DNA of 64,000 nt from Candidatus Eiseniibacteriota bacterium (GTDB taxonomy: Bacteria; Eisenbacteria; RBG-16-71-46; JABDJR01). The stretch lies in NCBI GenBank assembly GCA_963783375.1, contig CAWANH010000001.1, forward strand, positions 160,001 through 224,000. The letters are read 5' to 3'. Of this stretch, positions 1 through 9,881 are shown piece by piece (positions within the stretch are counted from its first letter, which is position 1; every line of letters starts with the position of its first letter). Under the pieces are notes generated by a model. The model made no database searches. It was not told the origin of the DNA and saw only the letters and a program-made list of their open reading frames with translations. Position numbers and translations under genes: made by a program.

Positions 1-186
1 GTCCGGCCCCGGGGTGCGGGGCCGACGGTCAGGGCGCCGCGGCATCATCCGGGGCTCATCGTGCCCCCCCCGAGGCCTCGGCGCGGGTTCCTCGGAACGC
101 GGGGGCTCCCCCGCGGGTACTACCCCGTGAACCCAAATCGGTCAATTCTAGCATCGCGGCGGGCGGTAAGGCGGGAGCCCCTTCGC

Positions 187-215
187 TTTACGGCGCCGCG
201 CCGCCCGGGTAGCAT
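187..215 (+). promoter_or_regulatory. sigma70-type promoter of the PBP1A gene, probably leaderless
   Basis: TTTACG(187-192), 17 bp spacer, TAGCAT(210-215), then 6 nt to ATG 222; no Shine-Dalgarno. Confidence 0.6.
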
Positions 216-221
216 CCTCTC

Positions 222-2330
222 ATGAAAACGTTCCTGGTGTCGTTTCTCGCGTTCATGCTGGCGGGGACCCTGGCCCTCGCGGTGATCCTCAAGGTGGTGG
301 GACGGGACCTCCCCTCCCCCGCACACCTCCAGGCGATCACCCCCGCCACCAAGACCCGGGTCCTGGACAAGGACGGCCGGCTGATCGGTGAGTTCTACCG
401 CGAGAACCGCACCCTGGTGGGGCTGGACGAGGTTCCCAAGGATCTGGTGGACGCGATCATCGCGGTGGAGGACCGCAAGTTCTGGGACCACTGGGGGGTC
501 GATCCCCTGGGCATCGTCCGCGCCGGCACCACCAACCTCACCCGGCACACCCGTCAGGGCGCGAGCACCATCACCCAGCAACTGGCGCGGAACCTCTTCC
601 TCACCCAGGCCCAGACCTGGTCGCGGAAGATCAAGGAGGCGGTGCTGGCGCTCCGGATCGAGCAGAACTACTCCAAGGAAGAGATCCTGGAGATGTACCT
701 GAATCAGATCTATTTCGGGGACGGGGCCTACGGCGTGCAATCGGCCGCCCACCGGTTCTTCGGAAAGGACGTGAAGGACCTGGATCTGGCCGAGTGCGCG
801 CTCCTCGCCGGCATCCCCCGGAACCCCAACGGGTATTCACCGCGGCGCCATCCCCAGGCCTCTCTCAACCGGCGCGCGGTGGTGCTCTCGGCCATGGAGG
901 ACTGCGGCTACATCCAGGGCCCGCAGGAAAAGGCGGCCCTGGCCGAGTCCCTGGACGTGGCCGCCGCGCCCTTGAGCCCGGACAACGCCCCCTACTTCAT
1001 GGAGATGGTGCGCCAGTACCTCGAGAGGGAGTACGGGAGCAACGTGATCTACGACGGAGGTCTCACCATCCACACCACCCTGGATCTCCCCCTCCAGCAG
1101 GGAGCGGAGCGGGACCTGGAGAACCGGATTTCCGCCCTGGAGAAGCGGGTGCGCCCCAAGCAGTCCCGGGCGGAGTACATCGAGGAGAAGGACCAGGAAA
1201 AGAACCCGTCCCTCGATTACATCGAGGGCGCGGCCATCGTGGTCGACGCCGAGACCGGATCGATCCGGGCGCTGATCGGCGGGCGGAGCTTCGAGGAGAG
1301 CAACTTCAACCGGGCGGTGAGCGCCATGCGCCAGCCCGGGTCGGCGTTCAAGCCCTTCATCTATCTGGCCGCGATCGAGAAGGGTTTCTATCCCTCCTAT
1401 ACCGTCATGGACGCCCCGGTCGTCTTCTACGAGGCGGGCCAGCCCCCCTGGCGGCCGCAAAACTACGACCGGGAGTACCGGGGGCCGGTGACCCTGCGCT
1501 ACGCCCTCGAGCACTCCTTGAACGTCCCCACCATCAAGATCCAGGAGGAGGTGGGGACCAAGGCGGTGATCCAGGAGGCGCGCCTGGCCGGGATCGAGAC
1601 CCCGATTCCCCAGTTCCGGAGCATCGCGCTCGGAACCGCCGAGGTGACCCTGGAGGATCTGGTCTACGCCTACGCGGTGTTCGCCAACACCGGGATCCGC
1701 GTGGATCCCTACTTCATCACCCGGGTGGAGGACCGGGAGGGAAACGTCCTCTCCGGGTTCCGCCCCAAGCGGAAGGAAGTCATGCCCGCCGCCCCGGTGG
1801 CGGTGCTCAACAACATGCTTTCCTCGGTGTTGAATCACGGAACCGGAGCGTCGGCGCGAAGCATGGGGTTCACCCTCCCCGCCGCCGGCAAGACCGGGAC
1901 CACCGACGATTACACCGACGCCTGGTTCGTGGGTTACACCCCCAAGGTGGTGACCGGGGTGTGGGTGGGTTACGACGAGCACCGCACGATCGGGCGGGGG
2001 ATCACCGGCGCGGTGGGGGCGCTTCCCATCTGGACCGACATCATGAAGGCGGCCACCGCGGGCGACCGGCCGGCGTCCTTCGAGATTCCCGAGGGCGTGG
2101 TGTCCCGCGAGGTCTGCGACGAGACGGGACTCCCCGCAACCCCAAGCTGCCCGACCACCCACCCCGAGCTTTTCCTGGCCGGGAAGGTTCCCACCGAGAC
2201 CTGTTACCTCCACAGCTCCACCTTCAACCTGAAGCTCCGGGATCGCTGGAACGACCTCCATGGGAAGAAGGACTGGAGCCGGGAGAAAGAGGAGGAGCGG
2301 CACGTGGGGGGAGGAAACCGGAAGCCCTAG
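222..2330 (+). CDS. mrcA: class A penicillin-binding protein 1A (transglycosylase + transpeptidase)
   Basis: N-terminal TM; EDRKFWDHWGVD, GASTITQQLARN, RKIKE, KEEILEMYLN; transpeptidase motifs SAFK, SLN, KTG. Confidence 0.93.
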   Translation: MKTFLVSFLAFMLAGTLALAVILKVVGRDLPSPAHLQAITPATKTRVLDKDGRLIGEFYRENRTLVGLDEVPKDLVDAIIAVEDRKFWDHWGVDPLGIVRAGTTNLTRHTRQGASTITQQLARNLFLTQAQTWSRKIKEAVLALRIEQNYSKEEILEMYLNQIYFGDGAYGVQSAAHRFFGKDVKDLDLAECALLAGIPRNPNGYSPRRHPQASLNRRAVVLSAMEDCGYIQGPQEKAALAESLDVAAAPLSPDNAPYFMEMVRQYLEREYGSNVIYDGGLTIHTTLDLPLQQGAERDLENRISALEKRVRPKQSRAEYIEEKDQEKNPSLDYIEGAAIVVDAETGSIRALIGGRSFEESNFNRAVSAMRQPGSAFKPFIYLAAIEKGFYPSYTVMDAPVVFYEAGQPPWRPQNYDREYRGPVTLRYALEHSLNVPTIKIQEEVGTKAVIQEARLAGIETPIPQFRSIALGTAEVTLEDLVYAYAVFANTGIRVDPYFITRVEDREGNVLSGFRPKRKEVMPAAPVAVLNNMLSSVLNHGTGASARSMGFTLPAAGKTGTTDDYTDAWFVGYTPKVVTGVWVGYDEHRTIGRGITGAVGALPIWTDIMKAATAGDRPASFEIPEGVVSREVCDETGLPATPSCPTTHPELFLAGKVPTETCYLHSSTFNLKLRDRWNDLHGKKDWSREKEEERHVGGGNRKP

Positions 2331-2391
2331 CCGGGGGGCGGGGACCCGATCCGGGCGCGTCGGACGCCGCGAGTGTCGCCTTTCGGCCGGG

Positions 2392-3249
2392 TCAGGGCGA
2401 GGCCAGATAGGCCTCGGCCCGCCGGGCCGCCGGGGACCCCGGGGCCGCAGCCCGGGCGCGATCCCACGCTTCACGCGCCTGGCCGGGGAGTCCCAGAGCG
2501 GCGCGCGCGGCTCCCAGGTTCGTCCAGGCCACCGCGTTCTTCGGATCCCTGCTCACCACGGATTCGAGGATCGACCGGGCCCGGTTGAGGTTGTTTCCGC
2601 GGAAGGCCAGGATGGCTCCGAGAACCTCGAATCGTGAATCGTCGGGGTGACGGGCGCTCGTCTCGGCCAGGAGAACCCGCGCGTCGTCCAGCCGGCCCCG
2701 GGCCAGAACGCCGGCCACCAACCAATAGGCTGCATCGGCCGACCCTTCGCCCGTCTCGTAGCGGTGCAGGAGCCGTCCCAGGGCCCGGTCCACCGTAGCG
2801 GCATCCGAGCCGGGGGCGGGGCCGCGAAAATCGCCGGCGGGCCCGGAGTAGGGGGTGGTCTCCGGGAACAGGAGCCCGCTCGCCGAGGACCGGGCGACCA
2901 GGTCCATGACCGGGGCGGCATCCGCGCTCCAGGTCTCAACCTTGCCCGGGTCGATCTGCCGGACCACCCCCCACGCCACCAGCGCCAGGACCGCCGCCGC
3001 GATCCCCCACACCGCGATCCGGCGGCGCGGGAACGGCCGCATCCGGCGGACCGGCGCCCGGGAACCCGGCCTCTCCTGGCGGCTCTGGGCCAGAAGCCAT
3101 TCGCCGCGCCCCCGCACCGATTCCGCGTAGGTCGCGTAGCATTCCCGGCAGGCCACGACGTGGTCGCGGATGGAATCGGCTTCTGGGCCGGCAAGCCTTC
3201 CTTCCGCGAGAAGGGCGAGATCCTCGATTTCGACGTGTTTCTCTCGAAT
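2392..3249 (-). CDS. zinc-binding (ZAS/zf-HC2) anti-sigma factor with TM helix and C-terminal TPRs
   Basis: Frame stays open upstream of the track start (3156): HVEIEDLALLAEGRL...RDHVVACRECY (H..HxxxCxxC); TM IAVWGIAAAVLALVAWGVV; TPR-like C-terminus (DPKNAVAWTNLG). Start uncertain (ATT at 3249, or a frameshift). Confidence 0.75.
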   Translation of the reverse strand: MREKHVEIEDLALLAEGRLAGPEADSIRDHVVACRECYATYAESVRGRGEWLLAQSRQERPGSRAPVRRMRPFPRRRIAVWGIAAAVLALVAWGVVRQIDPGKVETWSADAAPVMDLVARSSASGLLFPETTPYSGPAGDFRGPAPGSDAATVDRALGRLLHRYETGEGSADAAYWLVAGVLARGRLDDARVLLAETSARHPDDSRFEVLGAILAFRGNNLNRARSILESVVSRDPKNAVAWTNLGAARAALGLPGQAREAWDRARAAAPGSPAARRAEAYLASP

Positions 3250-3408
3250 TGGACCGGTTTCCTATGTTGAACGTCCACGAAGACGCGGGAACGGTCCGTG
3301 CCCGTGCCCCCGCCCCCGGGTCCTCCGTCCAGTGTCAGATGGAGGAAACGGGAAGGTCACCGTGGACCGACCCCGCCCTCCAGGCCCCGCCGGCGGCCGG
3401 TCCCACCG

Positions 3409-4332
3409 TCAGCCCCGGGGAGAGGTCGAACCCAGGGCAAGACGGGCCCGGAGCGTGCGCAGCGATCTCTCGATCAGGGTATAGACCCGGCGCGGACCGG
3501 AGAGACCCATTTCCTCCGCCACCCTCCGCGCGGTCAGGCCGCTACCGAACCGCAGGTGGAGGACGGTCCGCTCCTCGGCGGGGAGTGTCTCGACCAGGGC
3601 TTCCGCCCTCGCCGCAAGGACCCTCGTCTCCTTTTCCATCAACTCGTAGTCGGAGCGCCAACGCTCCGATGCCCGCGGAAATTCCGCCCGCGCGTGATCC
3701 AGGAACTCCAGCAGCCGCCCCGAAGCCGCGGAGGTGGACGCGGCGGAGTGATCGTAGTCGAGCCTCCGGAGCGCCCGCTTCCCGAGAACCGCTTCGATCC
3801 GGGTGAGGGCGGCCAGCACGTCCGCGCCCGAAACCGGGGATCCACGGGAGGCCAGGCGATGACGGACCCCCTCCAGGCTCCAGCCCGCGGTGAAGTACAG
3901 GGTGAAGATCTCGCGGTCCGCCTCGTCCAGCCGGTCCACCCCTCTGGGCGTCTCGCGGCGGCCGTGCCGATGGCGAAGGAAATCGAACGCCTGGGTCCGA
4001 GCCACCAGAACCAGCCAGGTGGAGAGCGCGGAGCGGCCCTCATAGGTGGCGAGCCTCCCGTCATGGAGCTGGCAAAGGGTCTGGGCGAAGACGGTGCGCA
4101 CATCCTCCTCGTCGTGGAGGTGGCGGCGGAGCACGGAGAGGATGAGCGGGGTGTACCGCGCGATCAGGCGGTGCCAGTCGGTCAACGATCCCGCCACCAC
4201 CGCCGCGACCAGCGCCCGATCCGGGCCGTTTTCCGCTTCCCTGGCGGAGGCGTCGGCGCCGCCCCGGGACCGGCGGAACGGAGGGCCAGGGTCTCGACCT
4301 GAAGCGTGGGGGTGGAGATTGGAATCGCTCAT
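3409..4332 (-). CDS. ECF-type sigma-70 factor with an internal insertion
   Basis: C-terminal part of track ORF 3409..6879 from ATG 4332; region 2 (YEGRSALSTWLVLVARTQAFDFLR) and region 4 (LPAEERTVLHLRFGSGLTARRVAEEMG). Confidence 0.85.
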   Translation of the reverse strand: MSDSNLHPHASGRDPGPPFRRSRGGADASAREAENGPDRALVAAVVAGSLTDWHRLIARYTPLILSVLRRHLHDEEDVRTVFAQTLCQLHDGRLATYEGRSALSTWLVLVARTQAFDFLRHRHGRRETPRGVDRLDEADREIFTLYFTAGWSLEGVRHRLASRGSPVSGADVLAALTRIEAVLGKRALRRLDYDHSAASTSAASGRLLEFLDHARAEFPRASERWRSDYELMEKETRVLAARAEALVETLPAEERTVLHLRFGSGLTARRVAEEMGLSGPRRVYTLIERSLRTLRARLALGSTSPRG

Positions 4333-4452
4333 GGGCTTCGTCCTGTATGCTACCAGATGAACCCCGTTCCCGGACGGGGATTCAAGCGCGATCCCCACTT
4401 CCGATCGGATCACTCGCCGATCGTGCGGCCGACCCCTGTGCATCGGATTTCC

Positions 4453-7233
4453 ATGCAACACACCCGCCTCGTCATCGTCCTCGCCGCGCTCCTGGGCCTG
4501 GCCTGCGGGCCGAGGCCGGAACGCGCCCTGCGCGCCCGGGTCCCCGATCTCCCGGCCGAAGACGCCCGGCACCTCCTCTCGGACGGCGACAGCGCCTACG
4601 CCGCCTACGCCCGCGAGGTCGGGGTGATGCGGCTTCTCGACGTGGAATCCCGCCTGGTCGCGGGGCTCTCCAAGCGCTCCCCCGAGGCCTACTCGCGGAG
4701 CCTCGAGGCCCTCGGCCCCTACCTGGACCGGGTTACCGGCCGTCTCGCCGCCGAGTACCACCTCCCCGAGTTCCGGGACGCGCTCGCGTTCCGTCGCCGG
4801 ATCGATCCGAGCGTGGGCCTCGAGTTGGCGGCCGCCGATCGTCGCCGGATCCATCTGATCGCGGATCCCAACCTCTCGGCGGCGGAGAAGGAGTCCGGAC
4901 TCCGGGAGATGCTCCGTATCTACCGGGAAACCGGGTATCGGCCCGGGGTGGTCGTGGCCGAGTTTGCCCTGGCCCGGCAGGCCGACGCCCAGGGCCGGTC
5001 CGCGGAGGGCGTGGGATGGCTGCGACGGGCGGAGCGGCACGCCCGGGAATGGAACCTCACCCTCCTCGACTGCCAGGTGCTGGGAGCCCTTGGATCGTGG
5101 TACGCCGCCCTGCAGAAGCCCGACTCCATGTATCTCTGTCTGGACCGGGCGCTGACCCAGGCCCGGCACGCCCGGCACCCGTATCAGACCTCGCGCATCC
5201 TCACCTTCTACGGCAACTACTACTGGCGGAAGGGACGTCTGATCCCGGCCCGGGACTACTTCCTTGCCGCCTACGAGGCGTGCCGGGAGTACAAGGGGGG
5301 CGCGGTGGACGAACTCCGCATCCTGAACGACACGCTCCTGAGCCTCTACGCCGGGCTCGGTTGCTGGGAGGCGGTGGAGGACCTCCTCCCCCGGGCCCAT
5401 CTCCTGGAGCGGGAGTTCTTCGCCTCCCCCCGCTCCCGGAGCCGCACGTTCTGGATCTCCACCCAGCGGGTGGAGATGCGGCTCCGTTTCGCCCGCGGCG
5501 ACGTGGAGGGGGCCCGCCGGATCTTCGAGAAGGTCAGGGACACCGCCCGCGAGGGGGTGCGGACGACCTATGCCGGTCTCCTGGAATCCTGGTGCGAGGG
5601 CTTGCTGGAAAACGGCGCCGACCGCCGGGCGCTTGCCGCCGCGGAGGAGGGGCTCCGCTACGCGGCGGATCGAAACCTCCCCGAGGCCGAGGCGCGTTTC
5701 GCCCTGGACCTGGCCCAGGCCCAGGTCCGGACCGGGGCCTACGCCGAAGCCGGAGCCGCGCTCGATCGCTTCGTCCGGATGCACCCGAAGAGCGACGACG
5801 AGACCGACCTCAACGACTGGGCCCGCCATGATGCGCTCGAGGCCGCCCGCCTCGATCGGCTCGGGCGCCGGGACGAGGCGACGGCGGCCGCCGCCCGGGG
5901 GGTCGGGCGTCTGGAGGCCGCTCTCGTTTGCATGGACCGGACCCCCCTCGCCTATCTCCGCCTGGGGACTTGCGGCGACCTGCACGATGAGGTCCTCGAC
6001 CTTCTCTCGGACTCCCCGGAGGCGGGCTACGCGGCGGAGATGGAATGGCGGCGGCTGGTGGATTCGATCGGAGCCCGAAGCCGCGGGCGCACCCGGGACG
6101 GAGCGGCCGAGCCCTCCCGGTGGTTCGCCCGGTCCGCGAGCCACGCGCCCGGACCGCGGCCCGGTTCGGACCCGGGAGCCGATCTCCGTAAGCGGCTGAC
6201 GGCCCGTCGCGCCGTCCACCTCGTCTACCGGGTCCAGCCGAGCCGGGTGATCCGCTGGACGGCGGACGGAGAGACCGGGGTGCGCGCGGACACCCTGGCC
6301 GCGACCCCCGACTCGATCCGGGCCTGGGTCGGCCGCGCCACCAGGGCGATGGGAAGATCCCTGGAGGACGCGCGGGGAGTCCCCCCCGAGCTGACCCGGC
6401 TCGCCGGCGCGCTCCTTCCCCCCTCGGTGATCGACGGCACGGCGGGAGCGAAGATGCTTCTCATCAGCCCCGACGGATGGCTCTCCCTCCTCCCCTTCGA
6501 GGCCCTCGATATCTCCGGGGGACCGGCCTATCTCCCGCTTCTGAGCCGATACGAGGTGGCATACCTTCGCTACCAGACCGCGGCCGCCCCGCCGGCCCGG
6601 GGCGATCCGTTGGTGGTGGCGAACCCCGACATTTCCCCCGAGCTCGGCCGACGCTATCCGGCCCTCCGTCCCCTGGCGTTCGACCGACGGGAGGTGTCCG
6701 CGATCTCGACCCGGTATCCCGGAACGCGGGTGCTCGCCGGTCGCGAGGCCACCAAGGCACGGATCCTCGCGGCCTGGGAGAAGGCCCCGATTCTCTACGT
6801 GGCTTCCCACGTGGTCCGCGATCCCCAGACCCCGTACGTGACCTTCATCCCGGTGGCCCCCGCCGGGACCGGGACCCACGATCCGGGCTACATCGACATG
6901 GAGGACGTGGCCGGGGCCGACCTCCGCGGCTGTACGCTGGCCGTCCTGGCCGGCTGCGCGAGCGGGGTTCCCTACGTGGCGGCGGGCGGCACGGCCCCGA
7001 GCCTGGGGCAGGTCTTCCTGGACGCGGGAGCCCGCGCGGTGGTGGAGACGTTCTTCCCGGTTCGCGACGAGGACGCCGAGGCCACCATGGAAGAATTCCT
7101 CCAGGCGTGGATCGGCGGGGGTGACGACCCCGTGGCCGCGCTCACCCGCGTGCGCCGGAAGGCGCTGGCCGACGGCGCCCGCCGCGGCGGATTCGCCTGG
7201 GCGGCGTTCTCCATCGAGCTGGCCGGGATCTGA
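4453..7233 (+). CDS. lipoprotein with helical/TPR-like region and C-terminal CHAT (caspase-like) protease domain
   Basis: MQHTRLVIVLAALLGLA-C lipobox; CHAT motifs ISPDGWLSLLPFEAL, LYVASH (His), LAVLAGCASG (Cys), FLDAGARAVV, WAAF. Confidence 0.85.
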   Translation: MQHTRLVIVLAALLGLACGPRPERALRARVPDLPAEDARHLLSDGDSAYAAYAREVGVMRLLDVESRLVAGLSKRSPEAYSRSLEALGPYLDRVTGRLAAEYHLPEFRDALAFRRRIDPSVGLELAAADRRRIHLIADPNLSAAEKESGLREMLRIYRETGYRPGVVVAEFALARQADAQGRSAEGVGWLRRAERHAREWNLTLLDCQVLGALGSWYAALQKPDSMYLCLDRALTQARHARHPYQTSRILTFYGNYYWRKGRLIPARDYFLAAYEACREYKGGAVDELRILNDTLLSLYAGLGCWEAVEDLLPRAHLLEREFFASPRSRSRTFWISTQRVEMRLRFARGDVEGARRIFEKVRDTAREGVRTTYAGLLESWCEGLLENGADRRALAAAEEGLRYAADRNLPEAEARFALDLAQAQVRTGAYAEAGAALDRFVRMHPKSDDETDLNDWARHDALEAARLDRLGRRDEATAAAARGVGRLEAALVCMDRTPLAYLRLGTCGDLHDEVLDLLSDSPEAGYAAEMEWRRLVDSIGARSRGRTRDGAAEPSRWFARSASHAPGPRPGSDPGADLRKRLTARRAVHLVYRVQPSRVIRWTADGETGVRADTLAATPDSIRAWVGRATRAMGRSLEDARGVPPELTRLAGALLPPSVIDGTAGAKMLLISPDGWLSLLPFEALDISGGPAYLPLLSRYEVAYLRYQTAAAPPARGDPLVVANPDISPELGRRYPALRPLAFDRREVSAISTRYPGTRVLAGREATKARILAAWEKAPILYVASHVVRDPQTPYVTFIPVAPAGTGTHDPGYIDMEDVAGADLRGCTLAVLAGCASGVPYVAAGGTAPSLGQVFLDAGARAVVETFFPVRDEDAEATMEEFLQAWIGGGDDPVAALTRVRRKALADGARRGGFAWAAFSIELAGI

Positions 7234-7250
7234 TCCGCGGCCGGCGGCCC

Positions 7251-7520
7251 TCAGCGCTCGCGACGATGTCCGGGGACCAGCTTCTCGACCGCTTCCTTGG
7301 CCGTCTTGAGGTCGGTGTGATGGACCGCGCGGTACACCTTGATCGCCTCGATCTTGTGCCCCATCTCCATGAGGCGCCTCACGTCCCCGTCGGTTTCCAT
7401 CCCCTCGAGGGGATAGACGCCGGTCCGGCGTAGCCGGGCGACGGTGCCCCGGCTACGGCGGTTCAGGTAGCTCAGCACCAGGATGATGGCGAGGACGACC
7501 AGCAGGATCTTGAGCATCAC
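7251..7520 (-). CDS. small membrane-anchored protein with a ribosomal L7/L12 C-terminal-like motif
   Basis: N-terminal TM; GHKIEAIKVYRAVHHTDLKTAKEAVE. Confidence 0.65.
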   Translation of the reverse strand: MMLKILLVVLAIILVLSYLNRRSRGTVARLRRTGVYPLEGMETDGDVRRLMEMGHKIEAIKVYRAVHHTDLKTAKEAVEKLVPGHRRER

Positions 7521-7587
7521 GCTCCTCCCGGTTCACGGTGTCCGCAGAATCGAGGCCCCGCCGGGGGCCCTCCGGAGCGGCGGCGCC

Positions 7588-8900
7588 TCAGGACCCGCCG
7601 AATGCCACGGCCAGGGCCTCGGCCCCGGCCTCCAGCGTCCGGTCCACATCCTCTTCGTCATGGGCGAGGGAGATGAAGCCGGCCTCGAACTGGGAGGGGG
7701 CGAGGTAGATGCCCCGTTCCAGCATGGCGTGGAAGTACCGGGCGAACGCCGCGGTGTCCGAGGCCTTGGCCTCGTCGTAGTTCCTGACCGGTCCCCGGCG
7801 GAAATAGAGGCCGAACATCGAGCCGACCCGCTGGAAGGCCAGGGGGTAGTCGTGTTTCTCCATCACCGCGGCGATCCCCGCCTCGAGGCGGCTCCCCAGC
7901 TCCTCCAACCGGTCGTAGATCCCGGGAACGTCGAGGAGGCTCAGCGTGGCCCGTCCCGCCGCCACCGCCAGCGGGTTCCCGGAGAGGGTCCCGGCCTGGT
8001 ACACCGGACCCGCCGGGGCCAGCTTCTCCATGATCGACCGCGGACCGCCGTAGGCCCCGACCGGGAGACCTCCTCCGATGACCTTCCCCATGGTGGTGAG
8101 GTCCCCCGCCACCCCGAATCGCTCGGTGGCCCCGCCGGGGGCGAGCCGGAAGCCGGTCATGACCTCGTCCAGAACGAGGAGCGCGCCGTCGTCCCGGGTA
8201 AGCGCCCGGAGCCCTTCCAGGAACCCCGGCCCGGGGGGGATCAACCCCATGTTCCCGGCCACCGGTTCGACGATCACCGCGGCGATCTCACCGGGATGGC
8301 TTCGGAAGAGGGCGGCCACCCGGTCCAGGTCGTTGTAGGGCGCGAGGAGGGTGTCGGCCACCACCGCCTCCGGCACCCCGGGGCTGTTGGGAACGCCGAG
8401 GGTGGTGGCTCCGGATCCGGCCTGCATGAGAAACGCATCGCCGTGGCCGTGATAGCACCCCTCGAACTTCACGAACTTCGACCGGCCGGTGTGGGCCCGG
8501 GCCAGCCGGAGCGCCGACATGGTGGCCTCGGTGCCGCTGTTCACCAGCCGCACCATTTCCATACCGGGCATGCGGGAGACCACCAGCCGGGCCAGATCCG
8601 TCTCCCCTTCGGTGGGGGCGCCGTAGCTCATCCCCCGCGAGGCGGCGTCGCACACCGCGTCCACCACCTCGGGGTGGGCGTGGCCCAGGATCATGGGGCC
8701 CCAGGAACCCACGTAATCCACGTACTCGTTCCCGTCCAGGTCGAAGACCCGGCAGCCGGCGGCGTCGGCGATGAAGGGGGGATCCCCCCCACCCCGCCGA
8801 AGGCCCGGACCGGCGAGTTCACCCCCCCGGGAATGACCTGTCGCGCCTCGGCCATGGCCAGCCGGCTCTTCTCAAGACTCCAGTCCGTCATAGACTCCAT
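7588..8900 (-). CDS. hemL: glutamate-1-semialdehyde 2,1-aminomutase; frameshift at about 8785, probably an assembly error
   Basis: [12 protein letters not shown] in one frame and [29 protein letters not shown] in another; one added G in the G run joins them (GGDPPFI). Confidence 0.92.
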
Positions 8901-9877
8901 CCCTTCCCGAGCAATTTAGCCGCTCGGCGCGCAAAATACGTGAGAACCATGTCCGCCCCCGCCCGCCGGATGGCCACCAGGCTCTCCATCATCACCCGTT
9001 CCTCGTCCAGCCAGCCGTTTCGGGCCGCGGCGAGGATCATGCTGTACTCCCCGCTCACCTGGTAGGCCGCGGTGGGGACCCCGAACCGGTCCTTCACCCG
9101 GCGGATGATGTCCAGATAGGGCATGGCCGGCTTCACCATGATCATGTCCGCGCCCTCCTCGAGGTCCAGGGCCACCTCGCGGAGCGCCTCGTCCCCGTTC
9201 CCGGGGTCCATCTGGTGGGAGCGGCGGTCGCCGAAGGCCGGGGCCGACTCGGCGGCATCCCGGAAGGGACCGTAGAATCCGGAGGAGTACTTGGCCGCGT
9301 AGGAAAGGATGGGAAGCTCGGGCGACCCGGCCGCGTCGAGCGCCTCCCGGATCCCGGACACCATGCCGTCGACCATCCCCGACGGGGCGATCACGTCCGC
9401 CCCCGCCCGGGCCAGGGACACCGCCTGCTTCCCCAGGTTCTCCCGGGTGGCGTCGTTGTCGAGGTCCCCGTCGGACAGGACCCCGCAGTGCCCGTGGTCG
9501 GTGTACTCGCAGAAGCAGAGGTCCACCATGGCCACCAGCTCCGGCGCCGCCCGCTTGAGCGCATCGAGGCCCCGCTGGACCACGCCGTCGGGGCGCCAGG
9601 ATGACGCCCCCACCGGGTCCTTCTCCTCGGGAATCCCGAAGAGGATCAGGGCGGGCACCCCTTCGTCGCGGATCCGGGGAGCGACCTCGGCCAGGCGGTC
9701 CGCCGACCACTGGCTGACCCCGGGCATCGAACCCACCGGCTTCTCCACCCCGGAACCGGGGCAGATGAACACCGGGTAGATGAGCGAGTCCGCGGTGAGC
9801 CGGGTCTCCCGGACCAGGCGGCGGACTCCGGCGTGCTTGCGGTTCCGCCGCATGCGGAGGGTGGGATAGTTCGTCAT
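8888..9877 (-). CDS. hemB: porphobilinogen synthase
   Basis: [37 protein letters not shown]. Confidence 0.96.
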   Translation of the reverse strand: MTNYPTLRMRRNRKHAGVRRLVRETRLTADSLIYPVFICPGSGVEKPVGSMPGVSQWSADRLAEVAPRIRDEGVPALILFGIPEEKDPVGASSWRPDGVVQRGLDALKRAAPELVAMVDLCFCEYTDHGHCGVLSDGDLDNDATRENLGKQAVSLARAGADVIAPSGMVDGMVSGIREALDAAGSPELPILSYAAKYSSGFYGPFRDAAESAPAFGDRRSHQMDPGNGDEALREVALDLEEGADMIMVKPAMPYLDIIRRVKDRFGVPTAAYQVSGEYSMILAAARNGWLDEERVMMESLVAIRRAGADMVLTYFARRAAKLLGKGWSL

Positions 9878-9881
9878 GAAG

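Noticed and set aside
4333-6879. N-terminal 849 aa of the 1156-aa minus-strand ORF 3409..6879, suggesting a giant sigma-factor fusion
   Set aside because: It is the antisense shadow of the CHAT gene; only the part from ATG 4332 has sigma motifs.
2392-7233. Type III-E CRISPR (Craspase) locus
   Set aside because: No cas7-11, csx30/csx31 or repeat-spacer array in the window; the CHAT here carries a lipoprotein signal.
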